From an uncultured bacterium (GTDB lineage Bacteria; Electryoneota; B3-LCP): 52,659 nt of DNA. Location of the stretch: assembly GCA_964623265.1 (NCBI GenBank), contig CAZUTK010000011.1, forward strand, positions 1 through 52,659. The letters are read 5' to 3'. Numbering within the stretch: the first letter of the stretch is position 1; each line of letters opens with the position of its first letter. Positions 9,418 through 19,402 of this stretch are shown piece by piece. Under the pieces are notes generated by a model, which worked only from the letters and a program-made list of their open reading frames with translations, was not told the origin of the DNA and did no database searches. The position numbers and the translations under genes are program-made.

Positions 9418-10308
9418 ATGATTTTCATCGCAGCGTTTCTCATCCTTATCGCCGCTCTCATCGTTGCGGTAAGCGCCAACAGGAAGGCACAGAAGGGGGA
9501 TCCGGCGTACCGCACCGTCGCCGGCGCGGGGACGGCAGCCGCCGTCATTTTCGGCATTGTCGCCCTCACGCAATGCTTCACGCAAATCCCGGCAGGTCAT
9601 GTTGGAGTGATTGACTTCTTCGGCATCGTATCCGACCGCACCCTGCCGGCGGGGATCAATCTGGTCAACCCTTTCGCACGCATCATCAAGTATTCCATTC
9701 AGACGAAAGAGCACAAGGAGACCATGCAGGTGCTCTCGCGGGAAGGACTCTCCATTGGTCTGGAAGTCAGCGCGATTTACAGGCTCAATCCCGAAGCCGC
9801 ATCGCAGGTGTATAAGACCGTATCGGGCGGGGATTACGAGAATATCATTCTCATCCCGCTGTTCCGATCCATCTGCCGCTCCGTCACGGCGAGTTTCCAA
9901 GCCAGCGCGCTCTACTCGACGGAACGGGAGCGTCTGGGCGCTACGATTCTGGAAGAACTCTCCCAATCCGTCGCTCCACGCGGCATCACCATCGAAAACA
10001 CCCCGATCCGCAACGTCGCTTTACCTACACAGCTGACGGAAGCCATCGAGCAGAAACAGCGCGCCGATCAAGAGAGCCAACGGATGGAGTTCGTTCTGAC
10101 GAAGGAGCAGCAGGAGGCGGATCGAAAGCGCATTGAAGCCAAGGGGATCGCCGACTTTCAGACCATTGTGGCGGCGGGCATCAGCGAGCAGCTTTTACGT
10201 TGGAAAGGAATCGAAGCCACGGAGAAAATCGCCCAATCCCCCAATACTAAAGTGGTCATCATCGGTGCGGGCAAAGACGGATTGCCCATCATTCTGGATA
10301 CGAAATGA
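9418..10308 (+). CDS. SPFH/band-7 (prohibitin/HflC-like) membrane protein.
   Basis: N-terminal TM segment, then a band-7 core (..LSREGLSIGLEVSAIYRLNPE..) and a coiled-coil QKQRADQESQRMEF..EQQEADRKRIEAKGIAD. AGGAG RBS 7 nt upstream. Confidence 0.8.
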   Translation: MIFIAAFLILIAALIVAVSANRKAQKGDPAYRTVAGAGTAAAVIFGIVALTQCFTQIPAGHVGVIDFFGIVSDRTLPAGINLVNPFARIIKYSIQTKEHKETMQVLSREGLSIGLEVSAIYRLNPEAASQVYKTVSGGDYENIILIPLFRSICRSVTASFQASALYSTERERLGATILEELSQSVAPRGITIENTPIRNVALPTQLTEAIEQKQRADQESQRMEFVLTKEQQEADRKRIEAKGIADFQTIVAAGISEQLLRWKGIEATEKIAQSPNTKVVIIGAGKDGLPIILDTK

Positions 10309-13246
10309 CTTCCGGGTGATCAGGGGGAGAGGGAACCGCGCTTATTTTTACTGAAACAGAATGACCTCCCGAATTCACTAAAAGCGTCCCCTGGGTTACG
10401 ATCAAATAAAAGAGATCGCTCGTGATCTCCACGTCCCGTCTGCAATACGCTTCCAGCTGCCGCCACTGACCGTCCCGGTAGAATCTCAGCGCGTCCTCGC
10501 CGGTGCCGCTTTTACCGCAGCCGAGGTTCCAGGCTGCCAGAGTGTCCAAACTACATCGCAATCCGCTGCTCTTGTGAAGCGCTTCTAATATATCAAAGGT
10601 AGGGATCTTCCTGAAATCGGCGCCGCTGTAACCGGAGAGCACGGCGTAATCGAAGCGACGGCAGTTGAATCCAACCACCAGATCCGCGGAAAAGAGTTCG
10701 TCCAACAGTTTCTCAATGTCTTCTTCCCGGAATACCGCGATTTGTCCATCCCCCAGATTTTGCGTGACCGCTACGCTCAAACCCATCAAGTGCGCATTCC
10801 CCCAACCGCCCACATCTTCCGGTCCCCTCTGGGTTTCTAGGTCAAACGCAATTACCTTCTTCCCCCGTAGTTGCGGCGGCAATGTCCGCACTATCGCGGG
10901 CGGAGCGGACGATTGCATCCGTGTCGTTTCATCCAATCCTGTCCCCGCCGCCGCGGTGTGTACTGCCGGCGCATCCGCTTCCAGCGCAAACAGCAGCCGA
11001 TTCAATATGTACACCGCCGCCGCCTTGTCTAAAGGCCGGTTGCCGGCGCCGCAGCGCGGCGAATGGACGCAGGATGGGCAACCGTCTTCGCAGGGGCATT
11101 CGCGAACCAGAGCCAGAGTCCGCCCCACCAGGCTGGGCAGGTGTTCGAAGGCGCGCCGGGTGATCCCCAAGCCGCCGGGATAGGCATCGTAGATGAAGAT
11201 CGCCGCGCCTTCGACCTGAGGATGGTGCTGAAAAGAGATGCCTCCGATATCGCCTCGATCGCACATCACTTCCAGCGGGAACATCGAAATCAGCGCGTGT
11301 TCTGATGCGTGCAGTCCGCCCATAGAATGCAGACGCTCCGTCGCGACGGCTTTCTCCAGATCGGCATCGAATTCGATCCAGAAGCCCCGCGTAATCAGGA
11401 TTTGGGGAGGTCCATCCAGTTCGTGAGTAGAGATCAGCTCGCCGCTGTGCAGGCGGCGTTTCTGGTATCCCGTCACGCGTTCCGTGACTTTCAGTTCTCC
11501 TTCGCAGACTCTGCCGTTGATCCCTCGCGATTCTGCACCGGCCTTCAGTGAGATCTCCCGTTTGCGCGAGAGGATCTCCGTATCTTTTTCGCCCAGAGCC
11601 ATAGTGTAGAAATCCAGATCCACCTGTCGGGCGAAGACTACTTTTGCGGCATCGTCTACACTTTCAATCCAGTATTGCCGCGCGCGGTGCAGATAAACGG
11701 CTTGCGGATGGCATTCCGTCCAGAGGCGGCCGGCTCCGATATCGCCGATTTGCCTGCCGGTCTCCTGATCGTGAATGGAATAGGTGGAGCCGATGGAGCG
11801 GATGTTGACCAGGCGATGAGGATTCGGGATGCCGGGGAACCAGCGTTTCGCCCCTGCGCCGGGGATCAGCTTCCTTTCCGCCGCCAGCGGCTTCAGATGC
11901 GAGCGGTTTTCCTCGTCCAGATAACGCTCTTTATCCGCCAGGGGGATTTCCGCGGCGGCACAGACCAAATGCGAGCGGATGATTTCGGCATTCGCGGCAT
12001 CCACCACCGCTGCTTCGCTGGGGCGCAGGAAGAGTTCATCCGGATGACGCGCGTAATACTGATCTAGAGCGTCCTCGCCGGTGATCAGGATGACCAGGGA
12101 TTCCCTCTCCCTGCGGCCCGCGCGGCCGGCGCGCTGCATCATAGCGGATATGGTTCCGGGATAGCCCAGCAGCAGACAGACATCTATTCCGCCCACATCC
12201 ATGCCCAATTCGAGAGCGCTGGTGCTGATGACTCCCGACAGGCGGTCTTCCAGCAGCCTGCGTTCTATCTCGCGCCGCTCTTCAGGGAGAAATCCGGCGC
12301 GGTAACTGGAGAGTTGATGCTCCAGTTCCGGGTGAGCATCCAGAATCCAGCGATGGAGGAGCTCCGTGGCGCGGCGGGATTTCGTGAAAGCGATAATCTT
12401 ATATCCCATCGCCATGATCTCCGGCAATAGACGCGATGCCAGGGTGTATGAGCTTTCCACGGGATTCAGAAGCAAAAAATGTCTGCCCGACGCCGGTGCC
12501 CCGTTGCGTTCCACCAGGACGAATTCTAAGCCGGTTAGATCCCGCGCCAATTCCAGCGGATTTCCGATGGTAGCGGAACCGGCGATCCAGCGGGGTTTTG
12601 CGCTGTAGAAGCGGCAAACGCGCAGGAGGCGTTTGATCACCTGCAGGACGTGAGAACCGAAGATGCCCCGATAAATGTGCAGTTCATCCAACACGATGAT
12701 GCGCAGGTTGCGGAAAAAGTCCGACCAGCCGCGATGATAGGCGAGAATGCCGTAATGGAGCATATCCGGGTTGGTCAGCAGCAAGTGAGGCGGCTGCAAG
12801 CGCAGTTTTTCCCGTTCGGCGCGGGGCGTGTCTCCGTCCAGAATCGCGACGCGAAAGCGTTCAGAAAGGCCAGCAAGATGCAGCAATTCATTGATTCGCT
12901 GAGCTTGATCCTGTTCGAGAGCTTTCAAAGGGAAGAGCAGCAGGACGCGGGTTTCGGGATTCTGCACCAGCGCTTCGAGGATAGCGGTCTGGTAGATGAG
13001 GCTTTTGCCGGATGCCGTGGGCGTCACCACCAGCGGATTTTCACCCCGGTCGAAATGCCGCAACGCCTCGGCTTGATGGGAATACAGCCGTTCGATACCA
13101 GCCTGATGCAATGCGCGCGCCACGTTCTTCGATCGAAACGGGTACGCATCGTCCACGCGTGCCGTCCGAGGTTCGATATAGCGCCGGTAGAACGGCGCGC
13201 CGCGCAGCATGCCGGGCGATGTGATCTTCTTGATCAGCTTGTCCAT
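10289..13246 (-). CDS. Fused MrfA(YprA)-like DExH helicase, DUF1998 zinc domain and MrfB(YprB)-like DEDDy 3'-5' exonuclease (985 aa).
   Basis: Walker A TPTASGKS; DExH box VLDELH; helicase motif VI QRAGRAGRR; DUF1998 H.SEHAL plus ECPCEDGCPSCVHSPRCG; C-terminal exonuclease motifs AFDLETQ, GFNCRRFDYAVL, YCRRDVEITSDLF (COG3298-like). Confidence 0.8.
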   Translation of the reverse strand: MDKLIKKITSPGMLRGAPFYRRYIEPRTARVDDAYPFRSKNVARALHQAGIERLYSHQAEALRHFDRGENPLVVTPTASGKSLIYQTAILEALVQNPETRVLLLFPLKALEQDQAQRINELLHLAGLSERFRVAILDGDTPRAEREKLRLQPPHLLLTNPDMLHYGILAYHRGWSDFFRNLRIIVLDELHIYRGIFGSHVLQVIKRLLRVCRFYSAKPRWIAGSATIGNPLELARDLTGLEFVLVERNGAPASGRHFLLLNPVESSYTLASRLLPEIMAMGYKIIAFTKSRRATELLHRWILDAHPELEHQLSSYRAGFLPEERREIERRLLEDRLSGVISTSALELGMDVGGIDVCLLLGYPGTISAMMQRAGRAGRRERESLVILITGEDALDQYYARHPDELFLRPSEAAVVDAANAEIIRSHLVCAAAEIPLADKERYLDEENRSHLKPLAAERKLIPGAGAKRWFPGIPNPHRLVNIRSIGSTYSIHDQETGRQIGDIGAGRLWTECHPQAVYLHRARQYWIESVDDAAKVVFARQVDLDFYTMALGEKDTEILSRKREISLKAGAESRGINGRVCEGELKVTERVTGYQKRRLHSGELISTHELDGPPQILITRGFWIEFDADLEKAVATERLHSMGGLHASEHALISMFPLEVMCDRGDIGGISFQHHPQVEGAAIFIYDAYPGGLGITRRAFEHLPSLVGRTLALVRECPCEDGCPSCVHSPRCGAGNRPLDKAAAVYILNRLLFALEADAPAVHTAAAGTGLDETTRMQSSAPPAIVRTLPPQLRGKKVIAFDLETQRGPEDVGGWGNAHLMGLSVAVTQNLGDGQIAVFREEDIEKLLDELFSADLVVGFNCRRFDYAVLSGYSGADFRKIPTFDILEALHKSSGLRCSLDTLAAWNLGCGKSGTGEDALRFYRDGQWRQLEAYCRRDVEITSDLFYLIVTQGTLLVNSGGHSVSVKISAVPSPPDHPEVISYPE

Positions 13247-13378
13247 CGGAAACCAACTCTTTAGGTAAAATATAAACGCCTTAGGGGATCAATGCAAGGG
13301 CTTAGAGAGGAAGAGGCAACGAAAATCCATTCGATTTCCGCCGCCTCTATCTTCGGATGAGATCGAAACGCGCCACCG

Positions 13379-15634
13379 TTATTTCACGAGAATCATCTTT
13401 CTCACCATAGTGGCACTCTGCGCGGTCAGGCGATAGAAGTAAACGCCGGAGGTTAGATTTGCGCCGTTGAACTCCGCTTCATAGCGGCCGGCTTCGAGAT
13501 ACCTATCGAGCAGGGAAGCGACGCGATTGCCCAGAAGATCGTAGATTTCAAGCTGAACGCGTCCAGATTGAGGAAGCTGGAACGAGATGACCGTCGCCGG
13601 ATTGAAAGGATTCGGGCGGTTCTGCTCTAAGAGGTACTCGTTCGGCGCGGAGATGACATTCGTGACCGAAGGTAAGTCGTCGAACGAATCCCCCGTATTC
13701 CACCAGCTCGAACCACCGCCCGCCAAACCAGACGGCAATTTCAGGAATGGGATAGAATCCTGAGACGTATCCGCAGCGGCTACCGCGAAGGCTGAGAACT
13801 GGTAATCCCCCGGCGGAGCGTAGCCGGGGACGTTCTGCGTGCGGACGCGATTGGTGACGAATTGAGCCGGCAGGTTCAACGCGATCGGGCCGATGACCGG
13901 ACCGTAGGTGCTCCCGTTGGGCAGAAGGATATTGCACCAGATGGTGGTCATCTGCGCTTGAGGCGCGATGTTCGCGATGTGAATCGTGGAATTAAATCCG
14001 CCGCCGGAAGCGGGGAGAACGATCGGGTTGACGTGCGGCGACAAGCGGATACTGACGGGGGCGGACTGGTCGAAGTAATAGGCGCCCATATCCGCGACAG
14101 TATTGTCCGGGTCAGTGAAGATGACGTTTTCATCGCCGGTATCAATGCACGGCGATCCCCATTGTAACCGGTAATCGCCCCAGGAAGTATCCAGAAATTC
14201 GGGATTGAGGTAGATATTATAGTAATTGTCGCAGGAATCGCTCTTCGCATTGACGGTGGTCAGAATCCCCATCCCCGCTGGAATCCCGCTGCCCACGAAA
14301 TTTCCGCCGGCGTTTCCGTAAAAGTCACTGTGCGAGATACCGGCATTCGGCGAATTGACGAAATAAAGACCGCCGAAACCTGAGTTTTCGGCAACGATGG
14401 AATTCTCCAGCGTCAAACCGGAAAACCAGATATCCACGGCGCTCCCGTAGCCCGCTGCGCTGTTCGACACAATCGTGCATTTGTTGATGACAGGATTGCT
14501 GTACCAGAAATCCAGAGCACCGCCGTAAACGTTGCTGCGGTTCCCCATAATCAGGCAGTTGCGGATCTGGACATCCGAATAGTCGCAGTCGAAGCCTCCC
14601 CCCATTGTGCCTGCGACGTTATTCAGAATTGAGCTGTATTCAATGACAGGAGCTGCGGAATCGCAATCTACGCCGCCGCCGAAGACCGTCGCAGTATTTC
14701 CGCTGATCCGACAATGGGAGATCAGCGCATCGGCACCCCACCCGATGGACAAACCGCCGCCGGAATGATTGGATGTGTTGTTGCCGATCACGCTATGTGC
14801 TATATTGGGACGCGATCCGACTGTGATGTTGATTCCCCCGCCGTGACGCTGAGCCAGATTCTCAATGATTTCCGAATAACGGATGGCCGGGTCGGCGTTT
14901 TCCTTGACGTAAATCCCGCCGCCGGCGTAGTCCGCGCGGTTATTCCGGATGGTGCAGCGCTCGATGATGGGATTCGAGGCGTAGATGTAAACCCCACCGC
15001 CGTTCATATCTGCGCCCTGACCGGAGGCTCTGCCGTTATCAATGATGCAGTAGGCTAGACGGCTGCTATCCTGAGCGGAAAGAAAGCGGATGCCGTGCCA
15101 GCCGGTATCGGGATTCGCCGCAGTAAAGCGGATGGAATCATTAAACGCCCCGACGGCGTTGAGAATGCCGTTGACGATCAGCTTGTAGTGCCCCTGGAAG
15201 ACGATTTCCGTGCCGCCTTCCACTGACAATTCAGAACCGTAGGGGATGTTGATATCTCCCTGAATCAGGTAAGGCGATCCAGAGGCTTGCCAGGTCCCGG
15301 ACACCGATCCGCCGGAGATGATGGTTTCGGCATGAACCGGCATAGCGCAGAGGAAGAGCGCCACTGAGAGAATAAGAATCAAACTCAGCAATGCGGGCTT
15401 CTGAGCGCTTGTAATCTGCTTTCGTACGGATAAGAAGGATTGTCTCACGATCCCCTCCTGTAACAGCAATTCAACAAAAGATTTACGCAATTTACCAATC
15501 AAGGTTGGAGGTATTGGATTTTTTTTCACTATCTTGAATGAAATAATATACACTTGCATCGTTTTTTTTCCAAGCGTTTTAAGAAAACACTTGCGTTGCG
15601 GGGATAAAAGTTTGTACATTGTCGCTGCCCGCAA
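13379..15634 (-). CDS. Secreted parallel beta-helix repeat protein with a T9SS C-terminal sorting domain. The real start is probably the GTG near 15445 (AGGAGGGGATCGTG), just before the signal peptide.
   Basis: Repeated N..GGG(I/V)... units at about 23-aa periodicity (PbH1-like). Signal peptide ..LLSLILILSVALFLCAMPVHA. C-terminal NRPNPFNP..ISFQL..LEIYDLLGNRV..GVYFYRLT..KMILVK. Confidence 0.75.
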   Translation of the reverse strand: MRAATMYKLLSPQRKCFLKTLGKKTMQVYIISFKIVKKNPIPPTLIGKLRKSFVELLLQEGIVRQSFLSVRKQITSAQKPALLSLILILSVALFLCAMPVHAETIISGGSVSGTWQASGSPYLIQGDINIPYGSELSVEGGTEIVFQGHYKLIVNGILNAVGAFNDSIRFTAANPDTGWHGIRFLSAQDSSRLAYCIIDNGRASGQGADMNGGGVYIYASNPIIERCTIRNNRADYAGGGIYVKENADPAIRYSEIIENLAQRHGGGINITVGSRPNIAHSVIGNNTSNHSGGGLSIGWGADALISHCRISGNTATVFGGGVDCDSAAPVIEYSSILNNVAGTMGGGFDCDYSDVQIRNCLIMGNRSNVYGGALDFWYSNPVINKCTIVSNSAAGYGSAVDIWFSGLTLENSIVAENSGFGGLYFVNSPNAGISHSDFYGNAGGNFVGSGIPAGMGILTTVNAKSDSCDNYYNIYLNPEFLDTSWGDYRLQWGSPCIDTGDENVIFTDPDNTVADMGAYYFDQSAPVSIRLSPHVNPIVLPASGGGFNSTIHIANIAPQAQMTTIWCNILLPNGSTYGPVIGPIALNLPAQFVTNRVRTQNVPGYAPPGDYQFSAFAVAAADTSQDSIPFLKLPSGLAGGGSSWWNTGDSFDDLPSVTNVISAPNEYLLEQNRPNPFNPATVISFQLPQSGRVQLEIYDLLGNRVASLLDRYLEAGRYEAEFNGANLTSGVYFYRLTAQSATMVRKMILVK

Positions 15635-15664
15635 GCATTATTCTACGAATTCAGCGATCCTTCG

Positions 15665-16399
15665 ATGAAACTCAACGAAAAGCCGCTCCGGCAGTGGAGC
15701 GACCCGGAAAAAATCGCAGCAGTCAAGCAGATCTTCAACGATGTCACGCCCTACTACGATCGCATGAACCACTTGCTTTCGGCGCGACGCGACATCTCCT
15801 GGCGCCGATTCGCGATCCGTCGGCTGCCGAAGTTCACCGCTAGGGTTCTGGATGTCGCCACCGGCACAGGCGACGTGGCGCTGGATATGATTCGCCTGCG
15901 ACCGCAACTGGAAGTGGTGGGTGTGGATTTCGTGCGGAAGATGCTGGATAAAGCAGTGGAAAAGACTCAAGAGCTGGACGCGAAGCATCGCATCCGATAT
16001 CTGACCGCCGACGCGCTGTCTCTCCCTTTCCCCGACAATCAGTTCGATGCCGCCACCATCGCCTTCGGGCTGCGCAACATCCCCGACCGTTCGGCAGCCA
16101 TCCGCGAGATGGCGCGCGTCGTTCGACCCGGCGGCAAAGTCATCACGGTCGAAATGACCTTCCCCAAAAATCTGAAGCTGCGCCGCTTCTTCTTCTGGTA
16201 TCTGAACCGCGCCATCCCTTTGCTGGGAAAATTCATAGCGGGCAATCACGACGCCTACCGCTACTTATCGGCTTCCATTCAAGATTTCATCCACCCGGAC
16301 GTTTTGAGCGGGATATTCACTGAGGCGGGATTGATTCAGGTTCGGGCTTTTCCGCTGACGCTGGGGATCACCTACCTCCACGAAGGCATCGTCCCCTAA
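15665..16399 (+). CDS. ubiE: Demethylmenaquinone/ubiquinone C-methyltransferase UbiE/MenG.
   Basis: IFNDVTPYYDRMNHLLSARRDISWRR and the SAM motif VLDVATGTGDVALDM; full-length class I methyltransferase. Confidence 0.85.
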   Translation: MKLNEKPLRQWSDPEKIAAVKQIFNDVTPYYDRMNHLLSARRDISWRRFAIRRLPKFTARVLDVATGTGDVALDMIRLRPQLEVVGVDFVRKMLDKAVEKTQELDAKHRIRYLTADALSLPFPDNQFDAATIAFGLRNIPDRSAAIREMARVVRPGGKVITVEMTFPKNLKLRRFFFWYLNRAIPLLGKFIAGNHDAYRYLSASIQDFIHPDVLSGIFTEAGLIQVRAFPLTLGITYLHEGIVP

Positions 16400-16413
16400 G
16401 GGGAGATCACCGC

Positions 16414-17538
16414 TTACAAGCGAGCTCGGTATCTTGCCACCGTCAGACTCAAGATGACACTCCCCAAGAGAGCCAGCATCCCATAATCCGATCTTAAATC
16501 CCGCAAGTAACTCCCCTTGAGGAAGACTTCGCGCAGGATAGATAGATAATAGCGCAGAGGATTAATTCGGGTGATGTCTTGAGCCCAGTTCGGCATATTT
16601 TCGATGGGGTAAAAGAATCCCGACATCAGCATGCAGAAAACCATCATAAACCAAGCGACGAAGAGCGCCTGCTGCTGCGTTGAGGTGATGGTGGAAATAA
16701 ATAAGCCGATGCCGAGAGTGTTCAGCAGGAAGAAGATCGTCGCCAGGATGATGAGCCCTGGATTCCCCTCAAAAGGGATGCCGAACCAGAGCGTACCAAC
16801 CAGCAGCGCGACGCTTAGCTCGATAAATCCAATGACCGCGAAAGGCAGGAGCTTTCCGACCAGAAGCTGAAAGGGGCGAATGGGAGTCACGATCAATTGC
16901 TCGAATGTGCCGATCTCCTTCTCGCGCACTAAACCCATACCGGTCAACAGCATAGTCGTCACCGTCACCAGCACGGTGATGATGCCGGGGATCATATAAT
17001 AGTAACTTTCCAAATTGGGATTGTAAAAGACCCTCGTGCGCGCTTCCAGCAGATGAACCCCGCCCGCTCGCATTTCAAGCTTCGAGAGCAAAATATCTTT
17101 TGAAATCTCCTGCAGAATGCTCGATGCATATCCCAGACCTATCGCGGATGTGTTGGAATTCTGTCCATCCACGAGGATCTGCACCGCAGGGGACTGCCCG
17201 GTTTCGAGGTCTGCGCTGAAATAGCGCGGGATCAATACCGCCAGATCCGCATCTCCTCGCTGAATGGCGTCTTCCGCTTCACTTCGGGAATGAGCCTGCA
17301 ATGCGATGCTGAAATAACCGGAAGCCTGCAACGAGGCGACGGTCTGACGAGACAGACTGGATCGGTCTTCATCCCAGATTGCCAACCGGAGATTGCGGAC
17401 GTCCGTCGTCACAGCATAGCCCAGCAGGAAAAGCTGCACCAACGGCATAACGAAGATGATCATCAGCATGGGACGATCCCGCAACACCTGCTGAAATTCT
17501 TTTCGGATCAAGACGATGACAGGTCGCATAGTTGTCAA
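16414..17538 (-). CDS. ABC-2 family efflux permease (YbhR/YbhS-like), second copy.
   Basis: Six-TM ABC-2 architecture: N-terminal cytoplasmic helix, large periplasmic loop, C-terminal TM bundle. Paralogous to the upstream gene. Confidence 0.8.
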   Translation of the reverse strand: MTTMRPVIVLIRKEFQQVLRDRPMLMIIFVMPLVQLFLLGYAVTTDVRNLRLAIWDEDRSSLSRQTVASLQASGYFSIALQAHSRSEAEDAIQRGDADLAVLIPRYFSADLETGQSPAVQILVDGQNSNTSAIGLGYASSILQEISKDILLSKLEMRAGGVHLLEARTRVFYNPNLESYYYMIPGIITVLVTVTTMLLTGMGLVREKEIGTFEQLIVTPIRPFQLLVGKLLPFAVIGFIELSVALLVGTLWFGIPFEGNPGLIILATIFFLLNTLGIGLFISTITSTQQQALFVAWFMMVFCMLMSGFFYPIENMPNWAQDITRINPLRYYLSILREVFLKGSYLRDLRSDYGMLALLGSVILSLTVARYRARL

Positions 17539-18659
17539 GCCAGACGGACTTTGAAGCGTCGTATGCTGATGATCAGCAACAGAAATGAAAGCAGCGCTAG
17601 AAAAAGCGCATTCCGCCAGAGCGCGGCGAAATCATTCCCTTTCAGCAAGATGCCCCGGATGATGATCAAGTAGTATTTCGCCGGGATGATGTGCGAAATC
17701 CCCTGCAGCACCCAGGGCATACTCGCCACGGGAAAAATGAACCCCGACAGAATGACGGACGGCAGCAGTGTGATCATCGCCGCCATCATCATCGAAACTT
17801 GCTGCGTCGGAGCGATGGTTGAAATCAAGATGCCCAGCGAGAGCGATGTCAGGACATAGAGGAGCGAAAAGAAAGCCAGCAGCCAGGCACTCCCTATGAA
17901 TGGCACGCCGAACCAGAAATAACCGAACAGGAGGATCAGCAGAGCATCCAGGGAAGCCAGCACGACATAAGGCGCGACCTTGCCGATCACAAGTTCAAGA
18001 GGCTGCAGAGGTGCAACCAGAATCTGCTCCATGGTGCCGGTTTCCTTCTCCCGGGTGATGGTGATGGAGGTAAGCAGCGCGCAGATCATCATCATCAACA
18101 CCGCGATCAATCCGGGCACGATGAAATGCGAGCTCTCCTGCTCCGGATTATACCAAATGGCGGGAAGAATGCGGAATGGGAAGCGGGCTCCGCCTGCACT
18201 GTAGCCTGCGTTTTCGATCAGATTCCAGGTGGCTTCCGCGAGGAGCTGCTGGGAGACGTTGGACACGATGGATCCGGTGTTGGAATCCGAACCGTCAATC
18301 AAAATCTGCACAGGTGTGACCGCTTCCCGTTTCAAAGAAGCGGCGTAGTCTGCGGGGATGACCAGCGCGGCTTTAACGATCCTGGAGCGGAAGAGGTCCT
18401 CGATTTCCGACTGCCGTTCAATCTGAGCATTTAAGGTGAAATAATCGGATCCTGCAAATTTGCGGATCAATTCGCGGGATGCGGGAGTCCGGCTTTGATC
18501 CCAAACGCCCAGCGGGATGTTTTTCACATCCATATCAATGGCGTAGCCGAACAGGAGCAACTGCATGATCGGCATTACAATGATGATCGTCAGCGAACGC
18601 GGGTCGCGCCGGATGTGAATGAATTCTTTGATGATGACCGGCAGGAGATTATATTTCAT
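17535..18659 (-). CDS. ABC-2 family efflux permease (YbhS/YbhR-like), first copy.
   Basis: Same architecture. ATGA-type overlaps with its neighbours indicate translational coupling. Confidence 0.8.
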   Translation of the reverse strand: MKYNLLPVIIKEFIHIRRDPRSLTIIIVMPIMQLLLFGYAIDMDVKNIPLGVWDQSRTPASRELIRKFAGSDYFTLNAQIERQSEIEDLFRSRIVKAALVIPADYAASLKREAVTPVQILIDGSDSNTGSIVSNVSQQLLAEATWNLIENAGYSAGGARFPFRILPAIWYNPEQESSHFIVPGLIAVLMMMICALLTSITITREKETGTMEQILVAPLQPLELVIGKVAPYVVLASLDALLILLFGYFWFGVPFIGSAWLLAFFSLLYVLTSLSLGILISTIAPTQQVSMMMAAMITLLPSVILSGFIFPVASMPWVLQGISHIIPAKYYLIIIRGILLKGNDFAALWRNALFLALLSFLLLIISIRRFKVRLA

Positions 18660-19402
18660 TCCTGCTCCTTGATCAGTTGCACGAAGACATCTTGAACGGT
18701 TTCCTTCTTGAATTTCCGCTTCAAATCGGCGGGGGTGTCCATCGCCACGATTTCGCCGCGGTTCATAATCGAGATGCGGTGGCAGTACTCCGCTTCGTCC
18801 ATATAATGCGTTGTGACGAAGATGGTGACGTCCTGCACGGCGAGGCGGTAAATGGTCTCCCAGAAATTGCGCCGCGCGATGGGGTCCACGCCTCCGGTCG
18901 GCTCGTCGAGGAAGAGAATGCTCGGTTCGTGGATCAGCGCGCAGCCCAGAGCCAGCCGTTGCTTCCAGCCCAGCGGCAGAGATCGAGTGATTCTCCCCCG
19001 CAACTCTTCGAGTTGAAACTGATGGAGGATTTCCAATTTGCGCTGTCGCGCGCGTTCGGGATCGAGGTTGTAGGCACCGGCGAAGAAATCCAGGTTTTCT
19101 TCGACTTTCAAATCCTCATACAGCGAGAATTTTTGCGACATATACCCGATGTCTCTTTTAATCGCCCGCCTTTCACCCCGAATGGAATGACCGTTGACCC
19201 AGGCATCTCCGCTCGAAGGGGGGATCAATCCGCACAGCATGCGGATGGCGGTGGTTTTTCCGGCGCCGTTGGCGCCCAGGAAACCGAAGACTTCGCCGCG
19301 TTGAACTTCAAAGGACACCGCATTCACCGCGGTGAATTTTCCGAAACGGCGCGTCAGTTTGTCCGCACGGATGGCGATGGAATGGGACGATGTCCGGTTC
19401 AT
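18656..19402 (-). CDS. ABC transporter ATP-binding protein, second ATPase. The start is assigned to the Met at 19402 (MNRTSSH..), which gives an ATGA overlap with the upstream stop; the ORF extends to 19471.
   Basis: Walker A GANGAGKTT, signature MSQKFSLY..LSGG-like region, Walker B ILFLDEPT. Confidence 0.85.
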   Translation of the reverse strand: MNRTSSHSIAIRADKLTRRFGKFTAVNAVSFEVQRGEVFGFLGANGAGKTTAIRMLCGLIPPSSGDAWVNGHSIRGERRAIKRDIGYMSQKFSLYEDLKVEENLDFFAGAYNLDPERARQRKLEILHQFQLEELRGRITRSLPLGWKQRLALGCALIHEPSILFLDEPTGGVDPIARRNFWETIYRLAVQDVTIFVTTHYMDEAEYCHRISIMNRGEIVAMDTPADLKRKFKKETVQDVFVQLIKEQE

